A DNA stretch of 64,000 bases. Origin: Candidatus Moraniibacteriota bacterium. Lineage in GTDB: Bacteria; Patescibacteriota; Minisyncoccia; Moranbacterales; DUUL01. The stretch is from the NCBI GenBank assembly GCA_041583775.1, contig JBFHFF010000001.1, positions 27,528 to 91,527 on the forward strand, written 5' to 3'. Below the pieces are notes generated by a model. The model had not been told where the DNA came from. It worked only from the letters and a program-made list of their open reading frames with translations, and searched no databases. Positions 18,445 to 32,111 of the stretch are shown here, one piece after another (the stretch's first letter is position 1; every line of letters begins with the position of its first letter). The position numbers and the translations under genes were made by a program.

Positions 18445-19884
18445 TTATTTCAATTCCATTGCTAAAGCTATATTTAAAAGCTCTTGCTCATTCCACCATT
18501 TTGTAATCAATTGAAGTCCAACTGGCATTTTTTTACCATCCCTCTCAACCATCCCTGCTGGAATTGAAATTGCTGGAACCATTGCAACATTAGCAGATAC
18601 AGTATAAACATCTTCTAAATACATAGCTAGTGGGTCCGAAATTCTTTCGCCAATTTTAAAAGCGATATCTGGTGAAGTCGGTGTCAAAATAACATCAACA
18701 TTCTCAAAAACATCATTCATTTCCCGTTTAATCACTTCTCTCACTTGTTGGGCTTTTTTATAAAAAGCATCATAATAACCAGCACTTAATGCATATGTTC
18801 CGAGAATTATTCTTCTCTTAACTTCAGCCCCAAAACCATCCTCTCTTGAATTTTTATAAATATCCAAAATAGTTTTATTCTCAGGACCATTTTCAATTGC
18901 ATCGCAAAAGCCAAACCTCATTCCATCTAGTCTAGCCATATTAGAGCTAACCTCTGAAGGAACCATTAAATAATAAACTGACATTGAATATTTCAAATGA
19001 GGTAGCTCAATTTCCACAATTTCAGCACCTTGTTCTTTTGCGAACTCAATTCTCTCCTCAATCACTTTTCGAACTTCTTTATTCAATCCTTCAGAGAACA
19101 TTTCTTTTATAATACCAATCTTCTTGCCGCTAAGTTCTGATTTTAAGTTTTTAAAAAAACTTCCATCTTTTCTATCCATTGTTGTATTATCCTTTTCATC
19201 CTTCCCAGCAATTGCATCAAAAACAATCGCAGCATCTTCAACGGTTTTTGTTATTGGACCAATTTGATCATAGCTAGAAGCCATTGCGATTAAACCATAA
19301 CGAGAAACCCTTCCATATGTTGGCTTGAAACCAACTGTTCCACAAAAAGAAGATGGTTGCCTAATTGAACCACCAGTATCAGAACCAAGAGCCCAAACAG
19401 CCATATCAGCCGCAACTGCTGCAGTTGAACCACCAGATGAACCTCCTGCTACCCGATTCTCATCATATGGATTTTTTGTTACTCCAAAAGCAGAATTTTC
19501 AGTTGAAGCTCCCATAGCGAATTCATCCAGATTTGCCCTTCCCAGCAAAACCATTCCTTCGCCTCTTAGTTTATCAACTACTGTTGCATCATAGGGCGCA
19601 TTATAATTTTTTAACATCTTAGAAGCAGATGAAGTTACCTTCCCTTTCACACACATATTATCCTTTAAAACTCCCGGGATTCCAGATAACATCGAAATTT
19701 TTTTTCCATTTTTCACCTCATCATCTACTCTCTTTGCTGCCTTTAAAGCATCCCCTTTATACACTTCCAAAAGAGCATTGATATTTTCGTTCTTTTGATC
19801 AATTATTTTTATGTATTTCTTTGTCAATTCAAGAGAAGACAATTCTCCGCTTTGAATTTTTTCATGAAGTTCTTTTATCATCAA
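18445..19884 (-). CDS. gatA: Glutamyl-tRNA(Gln)/aspartyl-tRNA(Asn) amidotransferase subunit A
   Basis: Amidase signature GGSSGGSTAAVAA..GSDTGGSIRQP. Confidence 0.9.
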   Translation of the reverse strand: MMIKELHEKIQSGELSSLELTKKYIKIIDQKNENINALLEVYKGDALKAAKRVDDEVKNGKKISMLSGIPGVLKDNMCVKGKVTSSASKMLKNYNAPYDATVVDKLRGEGMVLLGRANLDEFAMGASTENSAFGVTKNPYDENRVAGGSSGGSTAAVAADMAVWALGSDTGGSIRQPSSFCGTVGFKPTYGRVSRYGLIAMASSYDQIGPITKTVEDAAIVFDAIAGKDEKDNTTMDRKDGSFFKNLKSELSGKKIGIIKEMFSEGLNKEVRKVIEERIEFAKEQGAEIVEIELPHLKYSMSVYYLMVPSEVSSNMARLDGMRFGFCDAIENGPENKTILDIYKNSREDGFGAEVKRRIILGTYALSAGYYDAFYKKAQQVREVIKREMNDVFENVDVILTPTSPDIAFKIGERISDPLAMYLEDVYTVSANVAMVPAISIPAGMVERDGKKMPVGLQLITKWWNEQELLNIALAMELK

Positions 19885-19925
19885 TCTTTTTTTAAAATTT
19901 GAAATAATAGTTTATCAGTAGATTA

Positions 19926-20240
19926 TCAATTCCCACTACCCAAAGTCTCTTTCACTTTCAAGCTATCCCCTTCTCTATTAGGAAATAAATTTCTAATAGC
20001 ATCCTTCCTTTCATCACTAATTTCGTTTAATTCATCTTTCCTGAATTGATTTCCCTTCAGATTATAGTGATCAAAACGCTCATAATTATCAATTACTACC
20101 TCCTCGATTTCTTTTACATAGCCCAAAATAGCGTTTAACTCTTCCGTAAATTGATTTTTCTCACTTTCTGAAAGTGCTAATCTTGCAAGGTCAGCAACAT
20201 GCTGTACATCAGTTTTTGAAATTAATTTTCCATCATTCAT
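19926..20240 (-). CDS. gatC: Glu/Asp-tRNA amidotransferase subunit C
   Basis: VQHVADLARLALSESEKNQFTEELNAILGYV, upstream of gatA. Confidence 0.85.
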   Translation of the reverse strand: MNDGKLISKTDVQHVADLARLALSESEKNQFTEELNAILGYVKEIEEVVIDNYERFDHYNLKGNQFRKDELNEISDERKDAIRNLFPNREGDSLKVKETLGSGN

Positions 20241-20259
20241 ATCATTATCTTAAAGTTAT

Positions 20260-23672
<3,413 letters not shown>

Positions 23673-23742
23673 TTCTAATCTTTATAAAATCGGTTTTTAA
23701 AAATAAAATACAAACTAAAATTGATATTTTTATTTTAAACAA

Positions 23743-24255
23743 TTATTTTTCTGCCTCAAAAATCTTTATATAATTTTGCGGTCTATTGTTTATGTTTAAT
23801 TGCCATATTGGATCTTCTTTCGTATAGTATTTTCCAGCTTTCACTGAATTCTGATTAATATCGGAACCCATATTATAACGAATGCCCCCCCTTCTTGTTA
23901 TAACATAGTAATCAATCTGATATTTTTCCAAATCAATTTTTTGATCCGTTATGCACTTTCCTTTAAAAAACTCACAAACACCATAATAGTCAGTCCAAAC
24001 AGTTATTTTGTCTGCATCGTCAAACTTATTTAAATATTCTGCGGCCTCATATCCTCCATATCCCCAAGCTCCAACGATAATTTTATCTCTGGGAAGAAGA
24101 AAATTTGTATAATTAAAATAATAAGGCTTTGCCAAGAAAAGACTAACCATAGAAACTGCAATTAAAAAAATAGATACTAGAACTCGCACTGCAAATTTTT
24201 TAGAAAAAACACTAATTAAATCATAAAGTCCAATCGCCGCCAAAAAACTAACCAT
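23743..24255 (-). CDS. Hypothetical protein with N-terminal TM anchor; possibly the detached C-terminal domain of the upstream GT-C glycosyltransferase
   Basis: Starts 32 nt after the GT-C stop, in a different frame. Confidence 0.45.
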   Translation of the reverse strand: MVSFLAAIGLYDLISVFSKKFAVRVLVSIFLIAVSMVSLFLAKPYYFNYTNFLLPRDKIIVGAWGYGGYEAAEYLNKFDDADKITVWTDYYGVCEFFKGKCITDQKIDLEKYQIDYYVITRRGGIRYNMGSDINQNSVKAGKYYTKEDPIWQLNINNRPQNYIKIFEAEK

Positions 24256-24287
24256 TGGGTATAAAATTATATTATACCTTATAGTAT

Positions 24288-25616
24288 TTAAAACACCTGC
24301 CTTAATAGATGCGACCGCATATACAAGAATAAAAAAGCAAAGGAAATAATATAAAACTCAAATCTAACTGACTTTTTAATCACACATTTAATCCAAATAT
24401 ACAACGACAAGAATAGAACTATTGGGGTAACAGAAAAAACAAAAGTATTAAGCTCTAATAGCATTTTTTCTAAAAAATTTGGAAAGTAATTAAGTTTTTC
24501 AATAGAGCTTAAATTTTTAATATCAAAAGGTATAACTTCAAATAACTGCCAATTCAAAAAAAAGTTTCTACCTATTATCAAAACTAAAATCAATGCCAGT
24601 ATTAATATTGTTGGCAATTTAAAGAAAATATAATACTTTGTAAAAAATTTCTTAATCTCAATTAATAACAAATTTTTCAAAACAAATGTATCAAAGACAA
24701 GAAAGAGTAAAGATGCTAGAACTAAAAACCACAAAATTTTTGTATCAGAAAAACCAATAGTTAAGCGATAAAGATAAACAGGTTTCACAAAAATTGCTGG
24801 GAGGAAAAATATGATTGTGAAAATGGCTCCCGCCACAACTGCAAGAAACCCTAAAATATTAATCTTAAAATATTTACCAGCGACAATTCTAGAAATATCT
24901 TTAAATTCTATAATATAATACAAGATTGATAGGAATATATAGAAGGGAAATAAGATATTCGCTGTATACTTCGACAAAATTGCTAACCCAGTAAAAATAG
25001 CTGCAAAAAATGCATACCACAATTTTTGTTTCTTCAAGAAAACACAATAAAAAAAAACTGCGGCGATAGAAAAAAGCCACAACATTGAATCTGGATTAAT
25101 AATTTGAGAAATACCTAAAAGCACTGGCGAAAGAGCCATAAAAATAATACTCCAAAGAGCTATCCATTGATTGGTGTTTTTACTAATAATCCAAAAAATG
25201 AGAAATAAGAAAAAGCCACTAAAGAGCAAAACTGGAAATCGATATGCAAAATATATATTCGGAGATCGGTCTATATCATATTTTGTTAAATTTGCATCAA
25301 TTTCCACCTGGTGAGTTTCTGGATTTTTTTCGAAAAACAATCCAATTCCAGAAATCAAAGCTACTGTAACACCAGGCTTATCATTAATAAGAGTCTTTTT
25401 GAGATTGTGCTCTTTAATGGCCTTCCAATATTGTGGAACTCGTTCATAAATCCAATAATGTTCATCTGCCGTGACAAACTTAGTCAAATGATAAAACCCA
25501 AAACTCAAAAATACAAAAAAAGTTATAAGTAAAATTATTTTTATTACAACAGACTCCTTTTTCTTTGTATTCCGTTCTTTAAAAAGAATATTTTTTACTA
25601 TTCCGCTCAAAAACAT
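24288..25616 (-). CDS. GT-C fold glycosyltransferase (ArnT/PMT family 39/83-like)
   Basis: About 11 TM helices; DEHYW motif near the N-terminus, typical of ArnT/PMT_2. Confidence 0.65.
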   Translation of the reverse strand: MFLSGIVKNILFKERNTKKKESVVIKIILLITFFVFLSFGFYHLTKFVTADEHYWIYERVPQYWKAIKEHNLKKTLINDKPGVTVALISGIGLFFEKNPETHQVEIDANLTKYDIDRSPNIYFAYRFPVLLFSGFFLFLIFWIISKNTNQWIALWSIIFMALSPVLLGISQIINPDSMLWLFSIAAVFFYCVFLKKQKLWYAFFAAIFTGLAILSKYTANILFPFYIFLSILYYIIEFKDISRIVAGKYFKINILGFLAVVAGAIFTIIFFLPAIFVKPVYLYRLTIGFSDTKILWFLVLASLLFLVFDTFVLKNLLLIEIKKFFTKYYIFFKLPTILILALILVLIIGRNFFLNWQLFEVIPFDIKNLSSIEKLNYFPNFLEKMLLELNTFVFSVTPIVLFLSLYIWIKCVIKKSVRFEFYIISFAFLFLYMRSHLLRQVF

Positions 25617-25618
25617 TG

Positions 25619-25825
25619 CTAAATTTTATTACATCTAAAATCAATAACCCCATTCCAGTCATCCTCACTTTCTTTTTCTATATGAAACATTTTCAATTTT
25701 ATATCACCCTTATTTAGAGTCAACTCAAAACAAGAACTAGGATGTAAATTACTTTTTTCAGTTCCTCTTAAAGAATGATGCTCAATGTCATTTTTCCTCA
25801 TAAAGCTTGGTTTCAATATATTCAT
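25619..25825 (-). CDS. Small hypothetical protein
   Basis: 68 aa ORF ending 3 nt before the GT-C start; no motif. Confidence 0.3.
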   Translation of the reverse strand: MNILKPSFMRKNDIEHHSLRGTEKSNLHPSSCFELTLNKGDIKLKMFHIEKESEDDWNGVIDFRCNKI

Positions 25826-25884
25826 TGAAAATTGCTTCTGCGTTGCACTTCCTCAAAAACATCCTTGAGTCAAGCATAATATAT

Positions 25885-25936
25885 TTATAAAAATACCACA
25901 CAATAATACATCCCTGGAAAATAAAACTAGGGATGA
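25885..25936 (-). terminator. Probable terminator after the hydrogenase operon
   Basis: catccct ... agggatg stem, U-rich tract on minus. Confidence 0.4.
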
Positions 25937-26019
25937 TGACCATAAAATCAAAAAATTTAAAACCTTGACCGTGCTTACATGCTAAATTTAAGCGTTTAAA
26001 TTAAATTGTAAACTTAGAC

Positions 26020-27813
26020 TCACTTTTTTCTGTTAAAATATTTTGTGTGTAATAATTCCTCTGATTTTTCTCCTCCTGGCTCTTTTAAAAATTCCTCATA
26101 TAATTTTTTCACTGCTGGATTTTTGTGCGATTTTCGAATTGGCAATTTAGAATCTTTTCGATAAATTACCTCTCTTCGCTCCCTTCTAATCTCTGCATTA
26201 GTCGGGATTGGCTGTCCTCCTCCTCCGAGACAACCACTAGGACATGCCATTATTTCAACAAAATGAAACTCACACTCACCTTTTCGCATCATTTCCAAAA
26301 TTTTCTTGGCGTTTCTAATTTCATGAGCAACTGCAACTTTTATTCTCAATTCTTCAACATTACATTTTCCTTTGGGAATTACAATTTCAGCAGTTTTAAT
26401 CCCCGCCTCCCCTCTTATAGCTTTAAAATCTAACGAAGGCAACTCCTCACGGGTTAATGTTTCATAAGCAGTTCGCAGTGCGGCCTCCATAACACCACCA
26501 GTTGAACCAAAAATTATACCAGCACCAGAATATGTGCCAAGAGCTTGATCGAAGTTTTGATCCTCTAGTTTCAAAAAATCAATTTTCTTTTTTTTCAAAA
26601 ATCTTGCCAACTCTCTTGTGGTTATAACCAAATCAACATCCCGCAAACCGTTTCTTCCCATTTCTTTGCGACCAGCCTCAAACTTCTTTGATGTACAAGG
26701 CATTATAGAAATACTAGCAATATTTTTTTCACTAATTTTCTGTTTTTGAGAATGATATGTTTTTATCATTGCTCCCAACATCTGTTGTGGAGATTTTGCA
26801 GTAGAAAGATGTTCTTTGTATTCTGGCCAATATTTTTCTAAATATAAAACCCAAGAAGGACAACAACTTGTAAACATAGGAAATTTAACATCCTTATCCC
26901 CTTTAAGAAATTTTGTGATTCTCTCAATAAGCTCATGAGCTTCTTCAATAATTGTTAAGTCCGCTGAAAATGTTGTATCGAAAACTAAATCAGCACCAAT
27001 TTTCCTTAAAGCTGTTGGAATTTTTTCCTCAACAAAATTTCCTGGCTCCAACCCAAATTCTTCACCAAGAGTAAAACGCACAGAAGGAGCTACTTGAAAA
27101 ATTTTAATTTTTGACTTATCTTCCATAAGCTCTTCTAGTTTCAAAACCTCATCCTTTTCTGTTATTGCCGCAGTTGGACAAACATTTGCACATTGTCCGC
27201 ACAAAATACAGTCCATGGGCACATTACATGCAGTTCCAACGCTTGTTTGAATTGAACGACCACTCATTGAATATTCTCCTATTGTTTGAATTTGTGTACA
27301 AACCCTAATACACCTTCCACATTCAATACAATATTGATTATCCCTTGCTATTGAAGGATTTCCATTATCCACTATTCTACCTTTTAAACTTTCCTTTAGG
27401 GCTCTTAATTTTTGTTCTTCATCAAACTTTTTGATTTCTGGAACAAAATCAAAAACATCAAGCTTATATTCTTTTGCTAAATTTTGTAATTCACAATTTC
27501 CATTTTTTAAACAATGCGCACATTTTCCCGCATGATCAGCCCAAAGCAATTCAAGATTTATTTTCCTTGCCTTTTCTATATCGTCATCCTCTGTAACTAT
27601 TTCTAGTCCATCAGCAACAGTCAGTTGACAAGAAGTTGTTAACTGACTATGGTCTTTAACCTTAACTAAACACAGACGACAAACTCCACCCGAGGATAAT
27701 AAATCATCATGATTACAAAGCGTTGGAATTCTAATGCCATTCCTTTGACAAACTGCTAAAACGGTTTCGCCTTCTTGGCAATCGTAAATTTTATCGTTTA
27801 TTTTAATTTGCAC
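26020..27813 (-). CDS. hydA: [FeFe]-hydrogenase catalytic subunit HydA (N-terminal 2Fe-2S and 4Fe-4S domains plus H-cluster domain)
   Basis: H-cluster motifs L1 TSCCPSW, L2 MPCTSKKFE, L3 EIMACPSGCLGGGGQP. Confidence 0.9.
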   Translation of the reverse strand: MQIKINDKIYDCQEGETVLAVCQRNGIRIPTLCNHDDLLSSGGVCRLCLVKVKDHSQLTTSCQLTVADGLEIVTEDDDIEKARKINLELLWADHAGKCAHCLKNGNCELQNLAKEYKLDVFDFVPEIKKFDEEQKLRALKESLKGRIVDNGNPSIARDNQYCIECGRCIRVCTQIQTIGEYSMSGRSIQTSVGTACNVPMDCILCGQCANVCPTAAITEKDEVLKLEELMEDKSKIKIFQVAPSVRFTLGEEFGLEPGNFVEEKIPTALRKIGADLVFDTTFSADLTIIEEAHELIERITKFLKGDKDVKFPMFTSCCPSWVLYLEKYWPEYKEHLSTAKSPQQMLGAMIKTYHSQKQKISEKNIASISIMPCTSKKFEAGRKEMGRNGLRDVDLVITTRELARFLKKKKIDFLKLEDQNFDQALGTYSGAGIIFGSTGGVMEAALRTAYETLTREELPSLDFKAIRGEAGIKTAEIVIPKGKCNVEELRIKVAVAHEIRNAKKILEMMRKGECEFHFVEIMACPSGCLGGGGQPIPTNAEIRRERREVIYRKDSKLPIRKSHKNPAVKKLYEEFLKEPGGEKSEELLHTKYFNRKK

Positions 27814-27836
27814 ATCTTCAATTTTATAAATTATTT

Positions 27837-29069
27837 CTATTTCAATTCATCACAAAACCCATAACGAAGAACATCTTTTAATGCGATGACGGAAAATTTG
27901 CCCAAAGCACATAATGTCGTGTTATCAAGAGTCCACACCAAATTTTTAAAATCCTCCCTATCATTTTCTGAAAAAGTTCCTTCATTCAATCGCTCTATAA
28001 TACTTTTCAATCTAAATGTTCCCTCTCTACAAGGAACGCATTGGCCACAAGATTCTCTGTGAAAAAAATTTATCCAACTAAGCATAAGTCTTTTGATGTC
28101 TTGGTTTTTACTTATAACTAAAATAGCACCAGAGCCCATTGGAACATAAGAACTTCGAGGGTATGCAGGGACTGCTCCAAAAGATCCAAAAGGAATCAGA
28201 ACCCCTGCAGAACCACCTACTTGAGCAAACCAAGGCTCGTCACCATCTACAATACCTCCAGCATATTTATATACTATATCGTTTATACTTGACCCCATAG
28301 GCGCCTCATATGCACCAGGATTTTTAACAATCCCATCTACACAAAATATTTTTGTTCCAACTTCTCCATTGCCACCAATTTGTGAATATCTAGTCCCACC
28401 ATACTCCATTATCCAGGGAATACTAGATAGAGTCTCTGTGTTATTAACAACTGTTGGTTTATTAAATAAGCCTTTTTCACTCGTATATGGTGGTCTTTTC
28501 CTTGGTTCCCCTCTTTTACCCTCAAGTGAATTAATAAGAGCAGTCTCTTCTCCGCAAATATAAGCCCCCGCACCAACAAATAATTCTAATTCCAAACTAA
28601 AATCACTTCCCATTATATTTTCTCCCAAAAAATTGTTTTCATATGCTTGAGAAATTGCTCTCTCCAATAAAAAATGAGCTAGATGAAAATTTCCATTTGC
28701 ATAAACATAAGCCTTGCTAGCACCAACTGCATACGCACCAATAATAATACCTTCGATAAGTTGGTGAGGGTCATTTTCTGCAATTAATCTATCTTTATAA
28801 GTTCCTGGCTCAGACTCATCTAAATTACAAATAAAGTATTTCTCTTTCTCATCAGAGGCAGTAACAATTTCCCATTTTTTTCCAGTAGGAAATCCTCCAC
28901 CTCCTCGCCCTTTCAATCCAGAATTTACAACTTCATTGACAACAGCCTGTGGCTTCATTTGTAAAACTTTTTGCAAAATTTGATAACCACCAATTTTACG
29001 ATAACTGGTTATTTCCTTTGGGTCAATCTTCCCCCAATTTCTAGTTAAAACTTTTTGATCCTCTTCCAT
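27837..29069 (-). CDS. hydB: NuoF-like NAD(P)H/flavin subunit of bifurcating hydrogenase (HydB/HndC)
   Basis: GRGGGGFPTG FMN/NADH motif and C-terminal ESCGQCVPCREG 4Fe-4S. Confidence 0.9.
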   Translation of the reverse strand: MEEDQKVLTRNWGKIDPKEITSYRKIGGYQILQKVLQMKPQAVVNEVVNSGLKGRGGGGFPTGKKWEIVTASDEKEKYFICNLDESEPGTYKDRLIAENDPHQLIEGIIIGAYAVGASKAYVYANGNFHLAHFLLERAISQAYENNFLGENIMGSDFSLELELFVGAGAYICGEETALINSLEGKRGEPRKRPPYTSEKGLFNKPTVVNNTETLSSIPWIMEYGGTRYSQIGGNGEVGTKIFCVDGIVKNPGAYEAPMGSSINDIVYKYAGGIVDGDEPWFAQVGGSAGVLIPFGSFGAVPAYPRSSYVPMGSGAILVISKNQDIKRLMLSWINFFHRESCGQCVPCREGTFRLKSIIERLNEGTFSENDREDFKNLVWTLDNTTLCALGKFSVIALKDVLRYGFCDELK

Positions 29070-29113
29070 TTGTTTTTATTTTTGCTTGAAATATAAACTA
29101 ACCTATTCCATTT

Positions 29114-29563
29114 CTATTCAAATTCCGTATAACCCCTCAAAATGTCATCTACCATCTCTGGCGTAACCTTCTCATACATTACATCATTTACAACCATGAT
29201 GGGGCCTTGTGAACAAAAACCGAAACAACTCACTCTTTCAATTTTAATTTTATGATTAAAGTTGTCGTCAACTTTCTGTCCAAAAAATCTCTCAATTTCT
29301 CGAATAATCTTATCTGAATTTTTTGTACAACAATTCGCTCCATCGCAAATTTTCACAACAATACTAAATTTTTCCGCAGTATTTATCTGATCATAAAAAC
29401 TTGCTGCACTGAAAACAGCTGCTGGTTTCATTTTAAAATATTTAGCAATTTGATCAATAGCCTGCGCATCAACTATGCCAAAATTTTTTTGAACATCCTT
29501 AATAACCCTTAAAAGATTCTCAGGTCTAACTTCATATTGCATTAAAATGTTTTGGATTGTCAT
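29114..29563 (-). CDS. hydC: NuoE-like thioredoxin-fold 2Fe-2S subunit (HydC/HndA)
   Basis: CDGANCC ... CFGFCSQGP cysteine pattern of NuoE. Confidence 0.85.
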   Translation of the reverse strand: MTIQNILMQYEVRPENLLRVIKDVQKNFGIVDAQAIDQIAKYFKMKPAAVFSAASFYDQINTAEKFSIVVKICDGANCCTKNSDKIIREIERFFGQKVDDNFNHKIKIERVSCFGFCSQGPIMVVNDVMYEKVTPEMVDDILRGYTEFE

Positions 29564-29597
29564 TTTTTATTTTTATACAACTTTTACCACTATAAAA

Positions 29598-29607
29598 ATA
29601 TTATACA
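29598..29607 (-). promoter_or_regulatory. Extended -10 (TGnTATAAT) promoter element for the hydrogenase operon
   Basis: rc reads ttgtataat about 35 nt upstream of the hydC ATG. Confidence 0.4.
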
Positions 29608-29665
29608 ATAAAAGGATATTTTATGCTACAATTCAAACAAGCTTAACCGTTAAATAATTTATCAA

Positions 29666-29944
29666 ATGGATCAAAATAAACAACCCAAAAAACATCTTGC
29701 CACCATCTCAATTCTATTAAAGGATAGGGAAGATCAAGCTCCTCTTGTTAATAAAGTCTTAACAGATAATGGACATCTAATCATAGCCAGATTGGGTGTC
29801 AATGTTCAGCGTTATTGCGTAGAACATTGCAAAGCAATTATTACCATTGTCGTGGAAGGAACAGCAAAGGAAATTTCAATTTTCAATACAGAACTGGATG
29901 AAATATATGGCGTTGTAGCAAAAACAAATACTTTAACAAATTAA
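29666..29944 (+). CDS. Small ACT-like protein; possibly a TM1266-like [FeFe]-hydrogenase system regulator
   Basis: 92 aa, beta-alpha-beta-beta-alpha-beta pattern, divergent from hydCBA; family assignment from context and fold-like pattern only. Confidence 0.4.
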   Translation: MDQNKQPKKHLATISILLKDREDQAPLVNKVLTDNGHLIIARLGVNVQRYCVEHCKAIITIVVEGTAKEISIFNTELDEIYGVVAKTNTLTN

Positions 29945-29953
29945 AAAAATAAA

Positions 29954-30472
29954 ATGCAAACTACTAAAATAGAAACGGGAAGGATAATATCCCTTTCAAA
30001 AAAAGACTTACTCTGGACTACCAGTCTAATGATTTCTGCTGTTATAGTTCCTGCTGTTCTGGCGCACACACCTCATAACCAATGGATAACTGGAACAATT
30101 GTAAATGCAGTTCTATTTATTGCCGCATGGAAACTAGGAATTATAAACGCAGCATTTATAGCAATCCTACCATCTTCAATAGCGCTTATGCGAGGATTAC
30201 TGCTTCCACCACAAGCAATGATAATTCCTTTTATTATAGTCTCAAACATTCTGTTAATAGGAATTTTTACAGCCCTTAAAAGACAACTTTTCTTTGGTGT
30301 TTTTATAGCGAGTTCTTTGAAGTTTTTATTCCTAGCCGGAATAACATCTCTTTTTTTTGCGGAAAAAATCCCAACAACCCTATTGCAAATGATGCAATGG
30401 CCACAACTAATAACAGCTTTGGCTGGTGGATTTATTGCAATAGCTTTTATTAATAAATTTCTCAAAAACTAA
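29954..30472 (+). CDS. Membrane protein, 5-6 TM, possibly ECF-transporter S-component-like
   Basis: Hydrophobicity pattern; co-oriented with and 10 nt after the ACT-like gene. Confidence 0.45.
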   Translation: MQTTKIETGRIISLSKKDLLWTTSLMISAVIVPAVLAHTPHNQWITGTIVNAVLFIAAWKLGIINAAFIAILPSSIALMRGLLLPPQAMIIPFIIVSNILLIGIFTALKRQLFFGVFIASSLKFLFLAGITSLFFAEKIPTTLLQMMQWPQLITALAGGFIAIAFINKFLKN

Positions 30473-30503
30473 TTTATCAAAAAATTTAGATAATATTACC
30501 TAA

Positions 30504-30538
30504 TAAAAAAATACCAATGATTATTGGTATTTTTTTAT
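30504..30538. terminator. Bidirectional intrinsic terminator
   Basis: ataccaat-gatt-attggtat with flanking A-run and T-run. Confidence 0.75.
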
Positions 30539-30553
30539 TAGATATCTTTTTTA

Positions 30554-30901
30554 TTAATATTGCCGTTCTCTTCTCTCTTCTCGCTGAGCCCTCTGCTCCC
30601 TTGCCTCTACATCTCTCAATTCAGCAAAAAGTCTATCCAATTTCTTATCCAAAGAACCTTTCTCTTCATGCAACATCCTAATTTTATCCTCTTCCTTTAC
30701 TCTATTTGCCTCGAGAGCCTCTAAGTCAATCCTTGCCCTAGCAATAGTTTTTTTCAAACGACGCTGCTCAATTTCAAAATTAGGAAATTCTCTTTCTATC
30801 CTTCTACTCTCAGACTCCAAACCAGCAATCTCAGACCTAACAGAATTGATATTATTATTTAAAGATCTCTTTTCTGACTGCAATAAATCTAAACTTTCCA
30901 T
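30554..30901 (-). CDS. Coiled-coil hypothetical protein
   Basis: Heptad-rich, charged, Arg/Glu-rich C-terminus. Confidence 0.45.
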   Translation of the reverse strand: MESLDLLQSEKRSLNNNINSVRSEIAGLESESRRIEREFPNFEIEQRRLKKTIARARIDLEALEANRVKEEDKIRMLHEEKGSLDKKLDRLFAELRDVEAREQRAQREERRERQY

Positions 30902-30963
30902 TTTTTTTTATTTTAGAATTAATTTATTTTTTAATTATAACAAAAACAAACAATTAACCAACC

Positions 30964-32010
30964 CTAGTGCGTAGAAAAAATTACTCCACCACCTTTAACC
31001 AAATCCTTTTCAAAAATTACCAATGATTGTCCCGGGGCTACCGCCCACTGAGGATCCTCTAGTTGCGCCTCGAAAAATCCTTTTTTTAATTCTATTATCT
31101 TCGCCTTTGATTCTTTTGTTTGATATCTTGTTTTTATTGAATAATCAGTATTTTCTTTCGGAAGACCACCTATCCAATTCGTATCCTTAAAAACAATTTT
31201 TCTGGGAAATAACTTTTCAGAATCTCTGTTTTTTGTAACCACTATTCTGTTTAATGAAATGTCCTTATCAGTTACATAAAATGGACCTCCGTTAATATTC
31301 AAACCTCTTCTTTGGCCTATTGTACAAAAAATCGCACCATCGTGAAATCCTATACATTTACCTTCTTCAGAAATAATATCCCCTTTATTGCTCTCAACCT
31401 TCAAAGTTAAAAAATCTTTTAACTTATTTTCATTTTTCATAAAACAAACATCTTGCGATTCACTGTTCGGAATTTTTAACCCTGCTTTTTTTGCTATTTC
31501 CTTTACTTTTATTTTTTCAATTGTACCAAGTGGGAATATTATTCTGGAAATTTCAGTCTCATCTAATCTATAAAGAAAATATGATTGATCCTTCTTTTTA
31601 TCCTTAGCTTTTGAAATACACAAAACTCCTTTTTCCTTTTTAATACGAGCATAATGTCCTGTAGCAACAAGTTTAATTCCCAGCTCATCAGCAACTCGCA
31701 ATAAATGTTTAAACTTAATTTCTTTATTGCAAAGTATGCAAGGATTTGGAGTTCTTCCTGCTTGATACTCCCAAATAAAATTATTCAGAATTTTATTTTC
31801 AAAATCCCGTGAAATATCCTCCTCCTTTAATTCAATTCCCAATTGTTTTGCAATATCTCTCGCATCAGCTAGTTCTGCGTTTTTACCTGCAAGCATTAAA
31901 AAATAAACACCGATCACTTCAAATCCTTGTTTTTGCAACTCTAAAACAGCAACAGCTGAATCAACGCCACCGCTCAGTGCAACTAAAATTTTCTTACGCA
32001 ATTGAATCAT
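30964..32010 (-). CDS. mnmA: tRNA-specific 2-thiouridylase
   Basis: PP-loop SGGVDSAVA and catalytic Cys region. Confidence 0.9.
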   Translation of the reverse strand: MIQLRKKILVALSGGVDSAVAVLELQKQGFEVIGVYFLMLAGKNAELADARDIAKQLGIELKEEDISRDFENKILNNFIWEYQAGRTPNPCILCNKEIKFKHLLRVADELGIKLVATGHYARIKKEKGVLCISKAKDKKKDQSYFLYRLDETEISRIIFPLGTIEKIKVKEIAKKAGLKIPNSESQDVCFMKNENKLKDFLTLKVESNKGDIISEEGKCIGFHDGAIFCTIGQRRGLNINGGPFYVTDKDISLNRIVVTKNRDSEKLFPRKIVFKDTNWIGGLPKENTDYSIKTRYQTKESKAKIIELKKGFFEAQLEDPQWAVAPGQSLVIFEKDLVKGGGVIFSTH

Positions 32011-32065
32011 TTATTTATTACAAATTCATCAAACATCTTTCATATTATAACAAATCAAACTAATT

Positions 32066-32111
32066 TATAAAAAAATTAGCGGTAAGTTTGTGTTATACAC
32101 GAACTTACCGC
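32066..32111 (-). terminator. Intrinsic terminator ending the TrmB-containing operon
   Basis: gcggtaagtt ... aacttaccgc 10 bp stem, U-run on minus. Confidence 0.75.
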
